Numbered from the stretch's first letter, positions 19,308 to 29,744 are shown. The stretch is 41,971 nt of DNA from a bacterium (GCA_041640455.1 JBEQAF010000003.1:1-41971), one strand, 5' to 3'. Translations and numbers: made by a program. The notes: generated by a model not told the origin, from the sequence alone.

Positions 19308-20549
19308 ATGGAATCTGGCTATAAACCAAGATGGCTTGCTGATAAACTGCGAAGGTCCATTGAGTTTTCACCAGTAATAGTTCTTTCCGGTGCAAGGCAG
19401 ACAGGCAAAAGCACCCTGCTCGCAAACGAGCCCCCTTTTAGAGATTGGCATTATATATCTTTTGATGACCTTGATAGCCTTTCTCTTGCATTAAAAAGAC
19501 CTGAAGAGATACTAAATATCTCTAAAAACATCATCATAGATGAAGTTCAAAGAGCTCCAGAGCTTTTACATGCTGTAAAAATAGCCGTTGATAAGGATAG
19601 ATCCCGCAGGATAATTTTGTCAGGCTCAGCAAGGCTTATGCTAATGAATAGGGTTTCAGAAAGCCTTTCGGGTCGAGCCATCTATTACGACTTGATGCCA
19701 TTTAGCTATGGAGAGCTATTAGAGATAAAGTACAATAACTGGCTTGACCTATTTATGAAAACCGGGGAACTGCCATCGCTTAACATAAAGGATTACATTG
19801 GGGATAAAGCATTTGTAGATGATCTATACCATAGTCTTTTTAGAGGATTTCTGCCACCTGTTGCATTTTTGAACAAAGAGGAGCAGATTGCATCATGGTG
19901 GAAAGGTTATGTAAAGACCTATCTTGAGCGAGACTTGAGGAGCATTGCCGAGATAGCCTATCTACCAGATTTTAGAAAAATGATGGAACTAATTGCATTA
20001 AGAAATGCTAATATTTTAAAGCAGAGTGAGATTGCAAGAGATGCTGGACTTTCACAGTCAACCGCAGGAAGATATATCAGTATCCTTGAAGAGACCAGCC
20101 TTATTTCCAAAGTCAGACCCTATGCAAAGAATATATCAAAGAGATTGATTAAATCACCTAAAATAATAGTTACTGACTCTGGGCTCGCTTCATCTCTTGC
20201 CGGTTTTTTATCTACCGAATCAGTTCCAAAGCAGTTTATGGGAGCTATTTTTGAATCCTATGTGTTTTTGAATTTATCGGTTAGAGCTTCTCTTATGGAT
20301 GGCGAGATCATGTATTTAAGAACTCAGGGTGGGCTTGAAAAGGAAGTTGATTTTATACTTGAACGAGGTAATCAGATAATCGGGATAGAGGTGAAGCTTA
20401 GCGATACTGTTTCAATGAAAGATATAAAAAATCTGTTGCTTCTCAAAGACTTTTCAGACAGATTTGCATGTGGGCTAATTGTTTATTCTGGATCTGAAAT
20501 AAAAAAACTTGCGCAAAGAATTTATGCAGTACCTTGGTTTGTAATCTAA
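19308..20549 (+). CDS. AAA+ ATPase with C-terminal PD-(D/E)xK nuclease-like domain (AAA_14 / DUF4143, COG1373-type)
   Basis: Walker A is SGARQTGKST and Walker B-like is IIIDEVQ. The C-terminal EVDFIL...IGIEVK reads as a D...ExK nuclease motif. The ATG at 19308 is preferred over the track's TTG at 19287. Confidence 0.7.
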   Translation: MESGYKPRWLADKLRRSIEFSPVIVLSGARQTGKSTLLANEPPFRDWHYISFDDLDSLSLALKRPEEILNISKNIIIDEVQRAPELLHAVKIAVDKDRSRRIILSGSARLMLMNRVSESLSGRAIYYDLMPFSYGELLEIKYNNWLDLFMKTGELPSLNIKDYIGDKAFVDDLYHSLFRGFLPPVAFLNKEEQIASWWKGYVKTYLERDLRSIAEIAYLPDFRKMMELIALRNANILKQSEIARDAGLSQSTAGRYISILEETSLISKVRPYAKNISKRLIKSPKIIVTDSGLASSLAGFLSTESVPKQFMGAIFESYVFLNLSVRASLMDGEIMYLRTQGGLEKEVDFILERGNQIIGIEVKLSDTVSMKDIKNLLLLKDFSDRFACGLIVYSGSEIKKLAQRIYAVPWFVI

Positions 20550-20671
20550 TAGATAATTGATTATTAAACAACATGCCATCTAAAATACCACGTGGTATTA
20601 TGAACTAAGCACTGTATCTAATTTGCCTGTTCATCTGCGCCTTATAACTTTAAGGAGAATTTGGGTTTTAG

Positions 20672-20721
20672 TATATTTAATAAAAAGAGAAGCCCATGCA
20701 AAAATCTGCAGGGGCTTCAAA
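20672..20721 (-). terminator. Intrinsic terminator of the porin-amtB-glnB operon; also direct repeat copy B
   Basis: The minus strand reads GAAGCCC-C-TGCA-GATTTT-TGCA-T-GGGCTTC followed by TCTTTTTATT, about 30 nt downstream of the glnB stop. Confidence 0.75.
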
Positions 20722-20751
20722 GTATATGGAGGGTATTGAGAGAGAAATTTT

Positions 20752-21099
<348 letters not shown>

Positions 21100-22446
21100 T
21101 TATTTCTCAGCATGGACAAAGTCTGGATAGGCAATATTTCCATGCTCCATAATGTCCAGACCTTCCATCTCTTCTTCTTTTGATACCCTTAGTCCAACTG
21201 TCTTTTTTATGATAAAAAACATTATCAAACAGAGACCGAAAGACCAGACAAAGGCTGATACCACACCCAGTGCCTGAACATATAAAAGTTGAAAGGTAAA
21301 CCCGCTCTCATTGAAAATTGCGGCTGAAAGAGTTCCGAAGGCACCGCATACACCATGAACAGATACAGCGCCAACAGGATCATCAACTTTGAGAACTTTC
21401 TCAATAAAAAGCACCGAAATAACAACCAGAATACCTGCAATAAGTCCTATTATTATTGAGCTCATTGTAGATACATTATTACAGGGTGCAGTTATGGCTA
21501 CCAGCCCAGCAAGCACACCATTCAGTGTCATGGTTGCTTCTGGCTTTTTAAAAAGTATCCATGCGGTAATCATTGAAGAGAGCCCACCTGCTGCAGCTGC
21601 CATATTTGTATTAACTGCAATTTTAGCCGCATCTCCGCCTGCAACAGTTGTACTACCCGGATTAAAACCAAACCATCCAAAAAAGAGTATAAATACACCA
21701 AGAGCTGCAAGAGTTATACTATGACCTGGTATAGCTTTAGGCTTTCCATCTGTACCATATTTGCCCAGCCTGGGTCCCAGCATCAAAGCACCTGCCAATG
21801 CTGCCCATCCGCCTATTGAATGAACAACTGTAGATCCAGCAAAGTCAATAAAACCCATTTTTTCCAACCAGCCCTTACCATGATACAGCCCGCCCCAGCA
21901 CCATGAACCAAAGACAGGATATATAAACGCACTGATCACTGCGCTATATATCAGATAGGCAATAAATTTAGTCCTTTCCGCCATTGCTCCCGAAACTATT
22001 GTAGAGGCTGTTGCAGCAAAAACTACCTGAAACATCCAGAAGGCAAATACCCATAGATCTTTCTCTTTAGCAAAATCGGATATCATAAACCCGTCTGTAC
22101 CATAAAAACCGGTAGGATTTGTTCCGAACATAAGCCCAAAGCCTATGAAGAAAAAGGCTAAAGAGCCAAGTACATAGTCCATCAGGTTTTTCATCATAAT
22201 ATTTGCAGCATTTTTTGCACGGGTAAGACCAGTTTCAACCATTGCAAATCCTGCCTGCATAAAAAAAACGAGGAAAGCAGCTATCAATGTCCACACATAG
22301 TTTGCATTTTTCTGAACGGCATCTACTTTTCCAACCACATCTTGAATGGTCGGAACAGCCTGCTGAACCACTTCTTCTGCAAAAACTGCACTGGTCATAG
22401 ACATTATTAATACTAAAAGACTTAAATACTTAAACTTGTTTTTCAT
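21100..22446 (-). CDS. amtB: Ammonium transporter
   Basis: 448 aa polytopic Amt family protein (FAGSTVVHSIGGWAALAGALMLGPR, VHGVCGAFGTL). It lies immediately upstream of glnB. Confidence 0.95.
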   Translation of the reverse strand: MKNKFKYLSLLVLIMSMTSAVFAEEVVQQAVPTIQDVVGKVDAVQKNANYVWTLIAAFLVFFMQAGFAMVETGLTRAKNAANIMMKNLMDYVLGSLAFFFIGFGLMFGTNPTGFYGTDGFMISDFAKEKDLWVFAFWMFQVVFAATASTIVSGAMAERTKFIAYLIYSAVISAFIYPVFGSWCWGGLYHGKGWLEKMGFIDFAGSTVVHSIGGWAALAGALMLGPRLGKYGTDGKPKAIPGHSITLAALGVFILFFGWFGFNPGSTTVAGGDAAKIAVNTNMAAAAGGLSSMITAWILFKKPEATMTLNGVLAGLVAITAPCNNVSTMSSIIIGLIAGILVVISVLFIEKVLKVDDPVGAVSVHGVCGAFGTLSAAIFNESGFTFQLLYVQALGVVSAFVWSFGLCLIMFFIIKKTVGLRVSKEEEMEGLDIMEHGNIAYPDFVHAEK

Positions 22447-22462
22447 AAAATCCTCCTTTATC

Positions 22463-23536
22463 TTACCATCTATACATAAGCCCTAAGGCTGCAGTAATCT
22501 GATAGTCCTTGCTTCCACCGTTAAATACCTTTTCGTCAGACATATCATATCTGATCTCCGGTCTTACAATGAGACCTCCTTTCATGGTGATCTCTGGAGT
22601 CAGAGTTAACTCTGTTAATGTCTGCTTAGTACCTGTTCTTGCTGCATCCTTGTCATCAAACATCTCAGCTCTTAAGGAAAGGCTGTAGCTATCAGAAAAC
22701 TTATATTTCAATATACCTGCTATACCATACCACTTTGCATCATCATTAGGATTTAAGACCGAGGCATTTTCTTCCATACCATAGTCACCATTAAGATATA
22801 TTGTCATCCTGTCTGTGACGTTTACTGTTACAACCGCATCAAGCAGGCTTCTCTTATTCAATCCTTCTCTACCAGTAATACCGTTCAGAAGCACTGAGAA
22901 CCTGTCAGAAGGTGTTAGGGACACAGAGATACCTATACTTTTATCCTTATTATCATCTTTGAAGTTATCCCAGCCGTTTGCTAAATAAAAAGACAATGAG
23001 AACTTATCTGAAAATGATTTTGAAAGTTTAAGTCCTGTGTGAGTAAAGGGGATGGCATAGTAAAATAGAAAGCTTCTTGAATAATTAGGGTTATCGATAG
23101 CTTCAATTACCTCACCGCCTATAAATGTAGCATATTTACCTACCATGGCTTTCATTCCATCGCCAAAGTTATACTCCATGTAAGCTTCTGTCAGATCAAC
23201 CTCATCTGCCATTGTTCCTGCTGAATGAATTTGTGTAGCTGTCTCACCAAGACTGAGTTTCAGCTTAAAACCAAGACTGTCTTTTTCAGCCGCTTCCTTT
23301 GAAAAAACTACTTGCGCGAGGTCAAGTGTAAACTGGTCTGAATTGGCGTCAAAGGGTCTAAGATCTGTGCCTTTGCCATCATTAGAAAAATTGGCTGTAT
23401 AACCGCCCTGAAGATTTAGTGATAGTCCAAGAGCTTTTTTGATCTCATCGGCTGAAAGTGCATGAGATTTTTTAACCCCAAAGACAACTAAGATACAAAC
23501 CGCCATTAAAACTGTAAAAAAATTTTTTCTGTGCAT
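22463..23536 (-). CDS. Putative outer-membrane porin, first gene of the amtB-glnB operon
   Basis: 357 aa with a signal peptide, alternating beta-strand pattern and a C-terminal ...GLMYRW. It has an AAGGAGG SD. No family name could be assigned by eye. Confidence 0.55.
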   Translation of the reverse strand: MHRKNFFTVLMAVCILVVFGVKKSHALSADEIKKALGLSLNLQGGYTANFSNDGKGTDLRPFDANSDQFTLDLAQVVFSKEAAEKDSLGFKLKLSLGETATQIHSAGTMADEVDLTEAYMEYNFGDGMKAMVGKYATFIGGEVIEAIDNPNYSRSFLFYYAIPFTHTGLKLSKSFSDKFSLSFYLANGWDNFKDDNKDKSIGISVSLTPSDRFSVLLNGITGREGLNKRSLLDAVVTVNVTDRMTIYLNGDYGMEENASVLNPNDDAKWYGIAGILKYKFSDSYSLSLRAEMFDDKDAARTGTKQTLTELTLTPEITMKGGLIVRPEIRYDMSDEKVFNGGSKDYQITAALGLMYRW

Positions 23537-23571
23537 AAATGCCTCCTTTTTTATTGGTTTGGCAAATTATG

Positions 23572-23587
23572 AGCAGTTTTAATGCCA
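23572..23587 (-). promoter_or_regulatory. Sigma-54 (-24/-12) promoter for porin-amtB-glnB
   Basis: The minus strand reads TGGCATTAAAACTGCT against the consensus TGGCAC-N5-TTGCW. GG-N10-GC spacing is exact, and the GC lies 35 nt before the porin ATG. Confidence 0.65.
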
Positions 23588-23740
23588 CAAATTAAATCTT
23601 TGATTTTAAACGATATTTTTAGATTGAAGAGGATGGGATTAAACTACAATTTTGTATTGTTTTTCTTTATGATAGGAAGTATTCTATTAATTTCAATTAT
23701 TTATAAAAAAATACAAAATTGTATTTACTACATTTTTGTA

Positions 23741-25258
23741 TCAGATGTTAATGTTTAGCTTTTCTATCTTATAGTTTATCTGTCTTTCCGTAAGTCCAAG
23801 AAGCTGAGCTGCTTTTTTTCTGTTTCCTCTGGTACTCTCAAGAGCCTTTGTAATATGTTCTCTTTCAAGCTCTTTTATAAGTTTCGGTAGCCCCATGTTA
23901 TAGGATAGCTCCATTGCTACAGACTGTTTTGGCTTTCTAATATTTATTGGTATATCATTTTCATCAATAAGATCCTTTTTTGACATTAAAACAAGTCTTT
24001 CAATGGTATTTTCAAGCTCCCTCACATTTCCTGGCCAGTTATAATCCACCAGCCGTTCCATTGCCTTTTCTGATATTCTGGCTTTTCTTTTATGCTCACT
24101 GTTAAATCTTTCCAGAAAATGCTCTATGAGAATGGGGATATCTTCCTTCCTCTCCCTTAGCGGCGGAACCTGTATGGGGATTACATTCAGTCGGAAATAT
24201 AGGTCTTCTCTAAATTTGTCTTCCCTTATCAGCTCTGTAAGGTTCCTATTGGTTGCGGCAATAACCCTTACATCCACTTTAATCTTATTGCTTCCACCAA
24301 CCCTTTCAAACTCCATCTCCTGAAGAACCCTTAAAAGCTTTGGCTGAAGATGTAGAGGCAGGTCACCTATCTCATCAAGAAATATTGTACCGCCATCAGC
24401 AAGCTCAAACTTGCCCTTTCTTGTATTTATAGCACCGGTAAATGCACCTTTCTCGTGACCAAAAAGCTCGGATTCTATAAGATTTTCGGGTATGGCAGAG
24501 CAGTTCAGGCTGATGAAAGGTTTATCCTTTCTATTACTCAAAAAATGTATAGACCTGGCTAAAAGCTCCTTTCCAGTACCGCTTTCGCCCAGTATAAGCA
24601 CCGAAGCTTTTGTTTTTGCAACCATATGAATTGTTTCAAATATGATCTGCATCTTTTCCGAATTAGATACTACATTTTCGAGCCGGTAGCGCTCTTTCAT
24701 CTCCGAGATAAGCTGATCTCTTTGTTCAATCAGAGAGGTAATTTCTGATTCGTAATAGCTGTTGAGCTGGATATTAATGGCAAAAAGCGTTGCAACGGTT
24801 TTAAGAAGTTTAATGTCATCTTCAAATTTAGTGTTTCTATCAAAATTTTTATCTACACTTAAGACTCCCAGAACATCACTCTTAATCTTTATGGGCACAC
24901 AGATAAAGGATATTTTTGCCTTTTCTTCAGCAGGTCTTGATCTGGTTTTATTGAGAAATACCTCATCATCGGTAACGTTTGGAATTACAATGGGTGTGCC
25001 GTTTTTTGCAACCTTACCAATTACACCTTCACCAAGTTTATATCTACCTCTTTTGACCTCGTCTCTCGAAAGACCAAATGATGAGACTATCTCCACCATG
25101 TCACCTTTTTTAAGCGCAACAACACCTCTTTTCATCTCGAAAAAATTATTTAATATTACGAGAGCGGAGCGAAGACTTTTTCTTAGATCAGGATTGGAAG
25201 CAAGAACCTTGCTTATCTCATAGATGGCAGATAGCTCCAGTTTAAGTCTTTCTGACAT
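23741..25258 (-). CDS. Sigma-54-dependent transcriptional activator, GAF-AAA+-HTH (NifA/NtrC-like EBP)
   Basis: 505 aa with an N-terminal GAF-like domain, Walker A GESGTGKE, the sigma-54 contact loop GAFTGA, and a C-terminal Fis-type HTH ([16 protein letters not shown]). Confidence 0.9.
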   Translation of the reverse strand: MSERLKLELSAIYEISKVLASNPDLRKSLRSALVILNNFFEMKRGVVALKKGDMVEIVSSFGLSRDEVKRGRYKLGEGVIGKVAKNGTPIVIPNVTDDEVFLNKTRSRPAEEKAKISFICVPIKIKSDVLGVLSVDKNFDRNTKFEDDIKLLKTVATLFAINIQLNSYYESEITSLIEQRDQLISEMKERYRLENVVSNSEKMQIIFETIHMVAKTKASVLILGESGTGKELLARSIHFLSNRKDKPFISLNCSAIPENLIESELFGHEKGAFTGAINTRKGKFELADGGTIFLDEIGDLPLHLQPKLLRVLQEMEFERVGGSNKIKVDVRVIAATNRNLTELIREDKFREDLYFRLNVIPIQVPPLRERKEDIPILIEHFLERFNSEHKRKARISEKAMERLVDYNWPGNVRELENTIERLVLMSKKDLIDENDIPINIRKPKQSVAMELSYNMGLPKLIKELEREHITKALESTRGNRKKAAQLLGLTERQINYKIEKLNINI

Positions 25259-25298
25259 AATAGAATAATAACATATTTTTCGGCAGGTTGAAGAAAAA

Positions 25299-25952
25299 TC
25301 AGACCATAAGCCCGTCTTTTAATCTGATTACTCTTTTTGTTCTTACTGCTAAGTCAGGGTTATGAGTTACCAGGACAATGGTTATCCCTTTTCGGTTTAA
25401 CTCTTCAAGAAGGGCAAAAATCTTTTCACTGTTTTCTGTATCCAGATTGCCAGTTGGTTCATCTGCCAGAATAAACTCTGGATTATTTACAAGAGATCTG
25501 GCTATGGCAACCCGTTGCATCTCTCCACCGCTTAGCTGATTGGGTTTATGATTTGCCCTTTTTTTCAGCCCAACAAGATCAATCAGGTCGAGTATATACT
25601 CTTTGCTAACCTTCTTTCTGCTAAAAGTTAAGGGCAGTTCAACATTTTCATAAACCGTAAGCCCAGGAATAAGATAAAACTGCTGAAATATATATCCAAT
25701 CTTACTTCTTCTTATAGTTACCAGCTCCTGCTCTGACATATTTTCAACTTCAATACTGTCTATCTTTATTATTCCGCTGGTAGGTTTATCAAGACAGCCC
25801 ATAAGATGCAAAAGAGTGGTCTTTCCTGAGCCCGAAGGACCTACTATGGAAATAAATTCTCCTTTTTCAATGGTCAGATCTATCCCCTTAAGTGCCCTGA
25901 CCTTTTCACTACCCCGCTGATATATCTTCTCTACCCTTATTAGCTCAATCAT
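25299..25952 (-). CDS. ABC transporter ATP-binding protein (MacB/LolD/FtsE-like)
   Basis: Walker A is GPSGSGKTT, the signature motif is LSGGEMQR, and Walker B is ILADEPT. Confidence 0.9.
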   Translation of the reverse strand: MIELIRVEKIYQRGSEKVRALKGIDLTIEKGEFISIVGPSGSGKTTLLHLMGCLDKPTSGIIKIDSIEVENMSEQELVTIRRSKIGYIFQQFYLIPGLTVYENVELPLTFSRKKVSKEYILDLIDLVGLKKRANHKPNQLSGGEMQRVAIARSLVNNPEFILADEPTGNLDTENSEKIFALLEELNRKGITIVLVTHNPDLAVRTKRVIRLKDGLMV

Positions 25953-27106
25953 CCTTTTATCGCCTCAATGGGGCTTACTTTTGAAGCCCTGTATGCAGGG
26001 TAAATCCCTGCAACTACCCCGATTGCTATAGAAAAAATTATGCACATAAAAGCTATCACAGGCTCAAAGATTATCATTCTGCCAGAAGGGACGTAGGGCA
26101 TAAACTTTTTTACAAATATCTCTATTAACCCCGAACCGATTAGAGAAGCGAGAAGCCCGATCACCCCGCCCAGAGTAGTAAGTATTATGGTTTCAGTGAT
26201 AATAATCTTAAAAATATCAAGCCTTCCCGCGCCAATAGCTCTCATCATGCCAATCTCCTGAGTTCTTTCGAATATTGCCATAAGAATAGAGTTCATAACT
26301 CCTATGGAGCTTATGATAATGGCAATTACTGCTATGGAGAGAGACAGTATTTTTGCTGAGTTTGCTATGCTTGCTATGCTGTTCATTACCTGCCCCATGG
26401 TAACTATCTGTATACCAGGAATCTCCTTTGACAGAAGCTCTGTTATTTGATTTAGCTCTGACGGATTTTTTACCCTTACGCCAAGAGCTGTAACCCTACC
26501 TTCCTTATTAATCATTTTCTGTAAAGACAAAACTGGCATATAGATAAAGGCATCGTCCTGACTACCAGTTTTTTCAATAATTCCTGCAACCTTAAAAATT
26601 TTGTCATTGTATCTATAATGATCACCCGGATTTAGCCTGTCATGATCGGCTATTTCAGAGCCTATTAAAAGCTCATCTTCCTTTTCTGGCATCTTCCCTT
26701 TGATGATCCAGCCAGGCTTAATTTTTGAAACATACTCCATCTCCATCCCATAAACCAGATCAACTCTTGACTTTTCCTGATTGGGTAGCTGGGTTACTAA
26801 AATGGAAGTAGTAAGCTCAATCTGATCAAATTTCTTAATTTTTTCAAATACTGCAGCATCTAAAAACTTTGGGATAACACCGCCATGCAGCACCAGTGAT
26901 GCCACCTCGTGGGGGCAGCCGGATGGTACAATCATAAAGTGGAGACCTGTTCTTTCAAGCTCCTTTGTTAGCCCTCTTTCAAAGCCTCTGTTAAAGGATA
27001 TAATGGAGAAAAGGACTGCGATTGATGCTGCTATGCCTACAAGGGTTAGAAAGCTCCTAAGTTTGTGCCTGAGAAGGTTTTTAAAAGAGATGTGAAAAAA
27101 GACCAT
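25949..27106 (-). CDS. ABC transporter permease, FtsX/MacB-type
   Basis: 385 aa with an N-terminal TM, a large periplasmic domain and a C-terminal 3-TM FtsX module. It overlaps the ATPase gene by 4 nt. Confidence 0.8.
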   Translation of the reverse strand: MVFFHISFKNLLRHKLRSFLTLVGIAASIAVLFSIISFNRGFERGLTKELERTGLHFMIVPSGCPHEVASLVLHGGVIPKFLDAAVFEKIKKFDQIELTTSILVTQLPNQEKSRVDLVYGMEMEYVSKIKPGWIIKGKMPEKEDELLIGSEIADHDRLNPGDHYRYNDKIFKVAGIIEKTGSQDDAFIYMPVLSLQKMINKEGRVTALGVRVKNPSELNQITELLSKEIPGIQIVTMGQVMNSIASIANSAKILSLSIAVIAIIISSIGVMNSILMAIFERTQEIGMMRAIGAGRLDIFKIIITETIILTTLGGVIGLLASLIGSGLIEIFVKKFMPYVPSGRMIIFEPVIAFMCIIFSIAIGVVAGIYPAYRASKVSPIEAIKG

Positions 27107-27456
27107 TACTTAAGCTCAACCCCGTGAGCAATGATAAACACACCGTTTTGCCCGAAAGATACGGTTCCAGTAACAATAGCCTTTTTACCCTGTCTCTGAG
27201 GCAGAGCAAAGCCTTTTGTAGCCAGATCTACAAAAATCTGCCCTGTATCATCTTTAAGAAAAAACCAGCAGCCGTTTGAAGCACACTGAGTAGTTATAAC
27301 TCCTTCAAGATTAACAATCTTACCCTGATACGTGGTGTTAATAAACACATCTTTTACAGAAACCTTCTGGACAGTTTTATCAACGCCAGAACCATACTTC
27401 TCAGCCCCACAACCAATAACTAAAATAAGCAACAGAATAAAAAATATTTTTTTCAT
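27106..27456 (-). CDS. Small lipoprotein of unknown function (possibly DUF4920-like)
   Basis: 116 aa with lipobox LVIGC and a CASNGCWFFLKDDTGQIFVDL motif. Its stop overlaps the permease start by 1 nt. The family name is from memory and unverified. Confidence 0.5.
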   Translation of the reverse strand: MKKIFFILLLILVIGCGAEKYGSGVDKTVQKVSVKDVFINTTYQGKIVNLEGVITTQCASNGCWFFLKDDTGQIFVDLATKGFALPQRQGKKAIVTGTVSFGQNGVFIIAHGVELK

Positions 27457-27524
27457 CTACTCTCCGATAAAATTCATTTACTAATAAACAGCTTTTATAT
27501 TATATCATTAATCTGGTGATAAAT

Positions 27525-28274
27525 CTATAGTTTTATATTTACAGGGATTTTATAGTATCCCTGAGTCTGTTTATATTCATAAAAGGGGATAAGGTAGGGT
27601 TCTGAAAAATCCTTAGGAAATATCTCAATAAATATATCGCTTTTACCCGCTTTTATAGAACCTGCAAGTCTCGCATAGCCTTTTTCGCCTTCAAAGCCAA
27701 TGGATTTAATGTTAATATCATTATTTACAATCTCAATACCACCTTTTGCCCTGTCAAAAAGGTCTAACGGCAAGCTGTTTTTTTCAATCTCAAAGCTCTT
27801 CCAGATAAGATTATTTAGCCTGAATTCAAAAAGAACGGATCTGTTTTCTGCTATAATTCTGCCATCCATAATACCAGTAAAGGATATCTCTGGAGGAATA
27901 TTTACAAGCTCTGTATCAAAAAATAGATTTTTTACATTAAGCTCGCCCTTAATCCTATTTAATACAGAAAGCTCAAGATAACCTTCTATCGTGTCAGAAT
28001 AGATATCTACCTTCAAACCACCTGCTAAAAGTTTTAAAAGATTTACATCAATTTTTAGCCTCTTAAGCTCAATGATTGTTTTTCCCGCTTTTTCAATCCT
28101 CACATCTTTAAATCGGTAGCTTGTTAAAAATCCTCCTTCTGCCTGACCTGCCCTGACAGAAACCAGACTCTGGGACTCATTTATCTTATCCAGCAGATAG
28201 GAAGGAGATAACCAGAAGTAAAGGGTCAAAAATAATATACTAACAAGTGCTATCAGTCCGTATAAAATTTTCAT
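27525..28274 (-). CDS. gspN: Type II secretion system protein N
   Basis: 249 aa with a single N-terminal TM. It is the last gene of a canonical gspC-to-N order. The call rests on position and topology. Confidence 0.5.
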   Translation of the reverse strand: MKILYGLIALVSILFLTLYFWLSPSYLLDKINESQSLVSVRAGQAEGGFLTSYRFKDVRIEKAGKTIIELKRLKIDVNLLKLLAGGLKVDIYSDTIEGYLELSVLNRIKGELNVKNLFFDTELVNIPPEISFTGIMDGRIIAENRSVLFEFRLNNLIWKSFEIEKNSLPLDLFDRAKGGIEIVNNDINIKSIGFEGEKGYARLAGSIKAGKSDIFIEIFPKDFSEPYLIPFYEYKQTQGYYKIPVNIKL

Positions 28275-28277
28275 AGG

Positions 28278-28781
28278 CTAACTGATATAGGATATAACTA
28301 TTGTGGCGTTAAGTAAGGATGGATTTTCAAAGGAGGAGTTAATACTAAAGCTTGTTATTTTTATAAAAAAATCCAGATTTTTAATCCGATAGATAAAGTT
28401 TATCAGACTGTTAATATCTATGCCTTCAAGTCTGAGCTCGTAGTCTTCACGATTGTAGCTACCTTCTTTTTTTTTGGAAATAAAGTTTATTTTTTTAAGA
28501 TTTTTCTTAGCAGAAATAAGCTCAGCCACTTTTTCTATCTCTGTATTTATATTTCTATTTTTGCCCGATTCTATCCGTCTTTTACTGCTGGTGATAAACT
28601 CTGACATAGTGTTTATGGAATCTCTGTTTGTTATAATTTCCTGGAGAATTAATCTTGAGTTATCAATATTTTTCCTTAGCTCCCTGTTTTTTGACACCAT
28701 ATAGATATCTGCAATAAGAAGAACAATAGCAGCTGTGAGAAAAATGTAGAAACTTTTTTTATTATCTTTCATCGATATCAA
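28278..28781 (-). CDS. gspM: Type II secretion system protein M
   Basis: 167 aa bitopic protein with one N-terminal TM, positioned after gspL. Confidence 0.55.
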   Translation of the reverse strand: MISMKDNKKSFYIFLTAAIVLLIADIYMVSKNRELRKNIDNSRLILQEIITNRDSINTMSEFITSSKRRIESGKNRNINTEIEKVAELISAKKNLKKINFISKKKEGSYNREDYELRLEGIDINSLINFIYRIKNLDFFIKITSFSINSSFENPSLLNATIVISYIS

Positions 28782-29730
28782 CCTCTAAGACGAAGCTTAC
28801 CGATCCGTCGGGAAGATTTTTTGTCTCAGTTGTTCTTGCATCTTTTACAAGCTTCTTAATATTAGCTCTGAACTGTTCAATAAGATTTGAATCTTTGCTC
28901 TCTCCTTTAAGCAATATACGTGAAGATTCACCACTAATCTCTTTTACCTTCATCCCTTTTGGCATACTTTCGGAAAATATTTTCATAATGTCAAGAATCT
29001 CTATTCCATTCAAAGACCTGTAGCTGGTTTTTAGATCCATAAGTTTTGACCGAATATAGACTGCTGGATCTCTTTCTATCTTCTGCCCTTGAGAGAGAAA
29101 CATTGCCGATGACAGAAGCTCGGATCTTAGCTTTTCATCCTTCTTTTTTAAACCAAAAAAACTAATAAGCTCTCCTGCTAAAACAATTAAAAGTAATAGA
29201 CAGATATAAAAGCCAGACCTTTTAAAAAGCGAGATTTTTTCCAGCTGTTTACCCATCCCGAGAAACTCTTTAGGCATAAAATTAAGCTTGAAGCTGTTAA
29301 AACTTTTCTCGTCAATAACATCTTCGAGACTCTCGTCATAGAAAGGGGCTATTAACCTCATTACCCCCACCTCTTTTCCGAGGGCTTTTAAATAGCTTTC
29401 CAGTTTTGATTTTTCAATGGCAAATACCAGCGCATAAAGCTCCTTTTCTTTTTTTTCAAGAGGGATAAGATCCATTACTAACTCTTTAGATTCTACCAGA
29501 AATATATCTTCCATCTCAAAAGGAAGAATCTCCATTAATTTTTCACCCTCAAGATTGGGTAACTGTACCTTTCTAACATAAAAATCCTCTGCTGGCAGAT
29601 ATAACTCTATTCCCTTTTTCAGATCAATCTTCTGGATGAGCTCATTAAAGTTATTGTAATGAGCTGATTCTCCTGTCTCCCCGTTCAGGACTCTGAATCC
29701 ATCTTTAAGTTTAAATATGCTGAATGCCAT
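28762..29730 (-). CDS. gspL: Type II secretion system protein L
   Basis: 322 aa with a cytoplasmic domain, a central TM (GFYICLLLLIVLAGELISFFGL) and a periplasmic domain. It lies between gspK and gspM. Confidence 0.55.
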   Translation of the reverse strand: MAFSIFKLKDGFRVLNGETGESAHYNNFNELIQKIDLKKGIELYLPAEDFYVRKVQLPNLEGEKLMEILPFEMEDIFLVESKELVMDLIPLEKKEKELYALVFAIEKSKLESYLKALGKEVGVMRLIAPFYDESLEDVIDEKSFNSFKLNFMPKEFLGMGKQLEKISLFKRSGFYICLLLLIVLAGELISFFGLKKKDEKLRSELLSSAMFLSQGQKIERDPAVYIRSKLMDLKTSYRSLNGIEILDIMKIFSESMPKGMKVKEISGESSRILLKGESKDSNLIEQFRANIKKLVKDARTTETKNLPDGSVSFVLEVDIDER

Positions 29731-29744
29731 TTATCGTTCCTGTA

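Noticed and set aside
19055-20671. IS element, transposon or group II intron as the identity of the inserted segment
   Set aside because: I could find no transposase, integrase or reverse-transcriptase ORF and no terminal inverted repeats. Only the ATPase-nuclease gene is present, so the mobility mechanism is left open.
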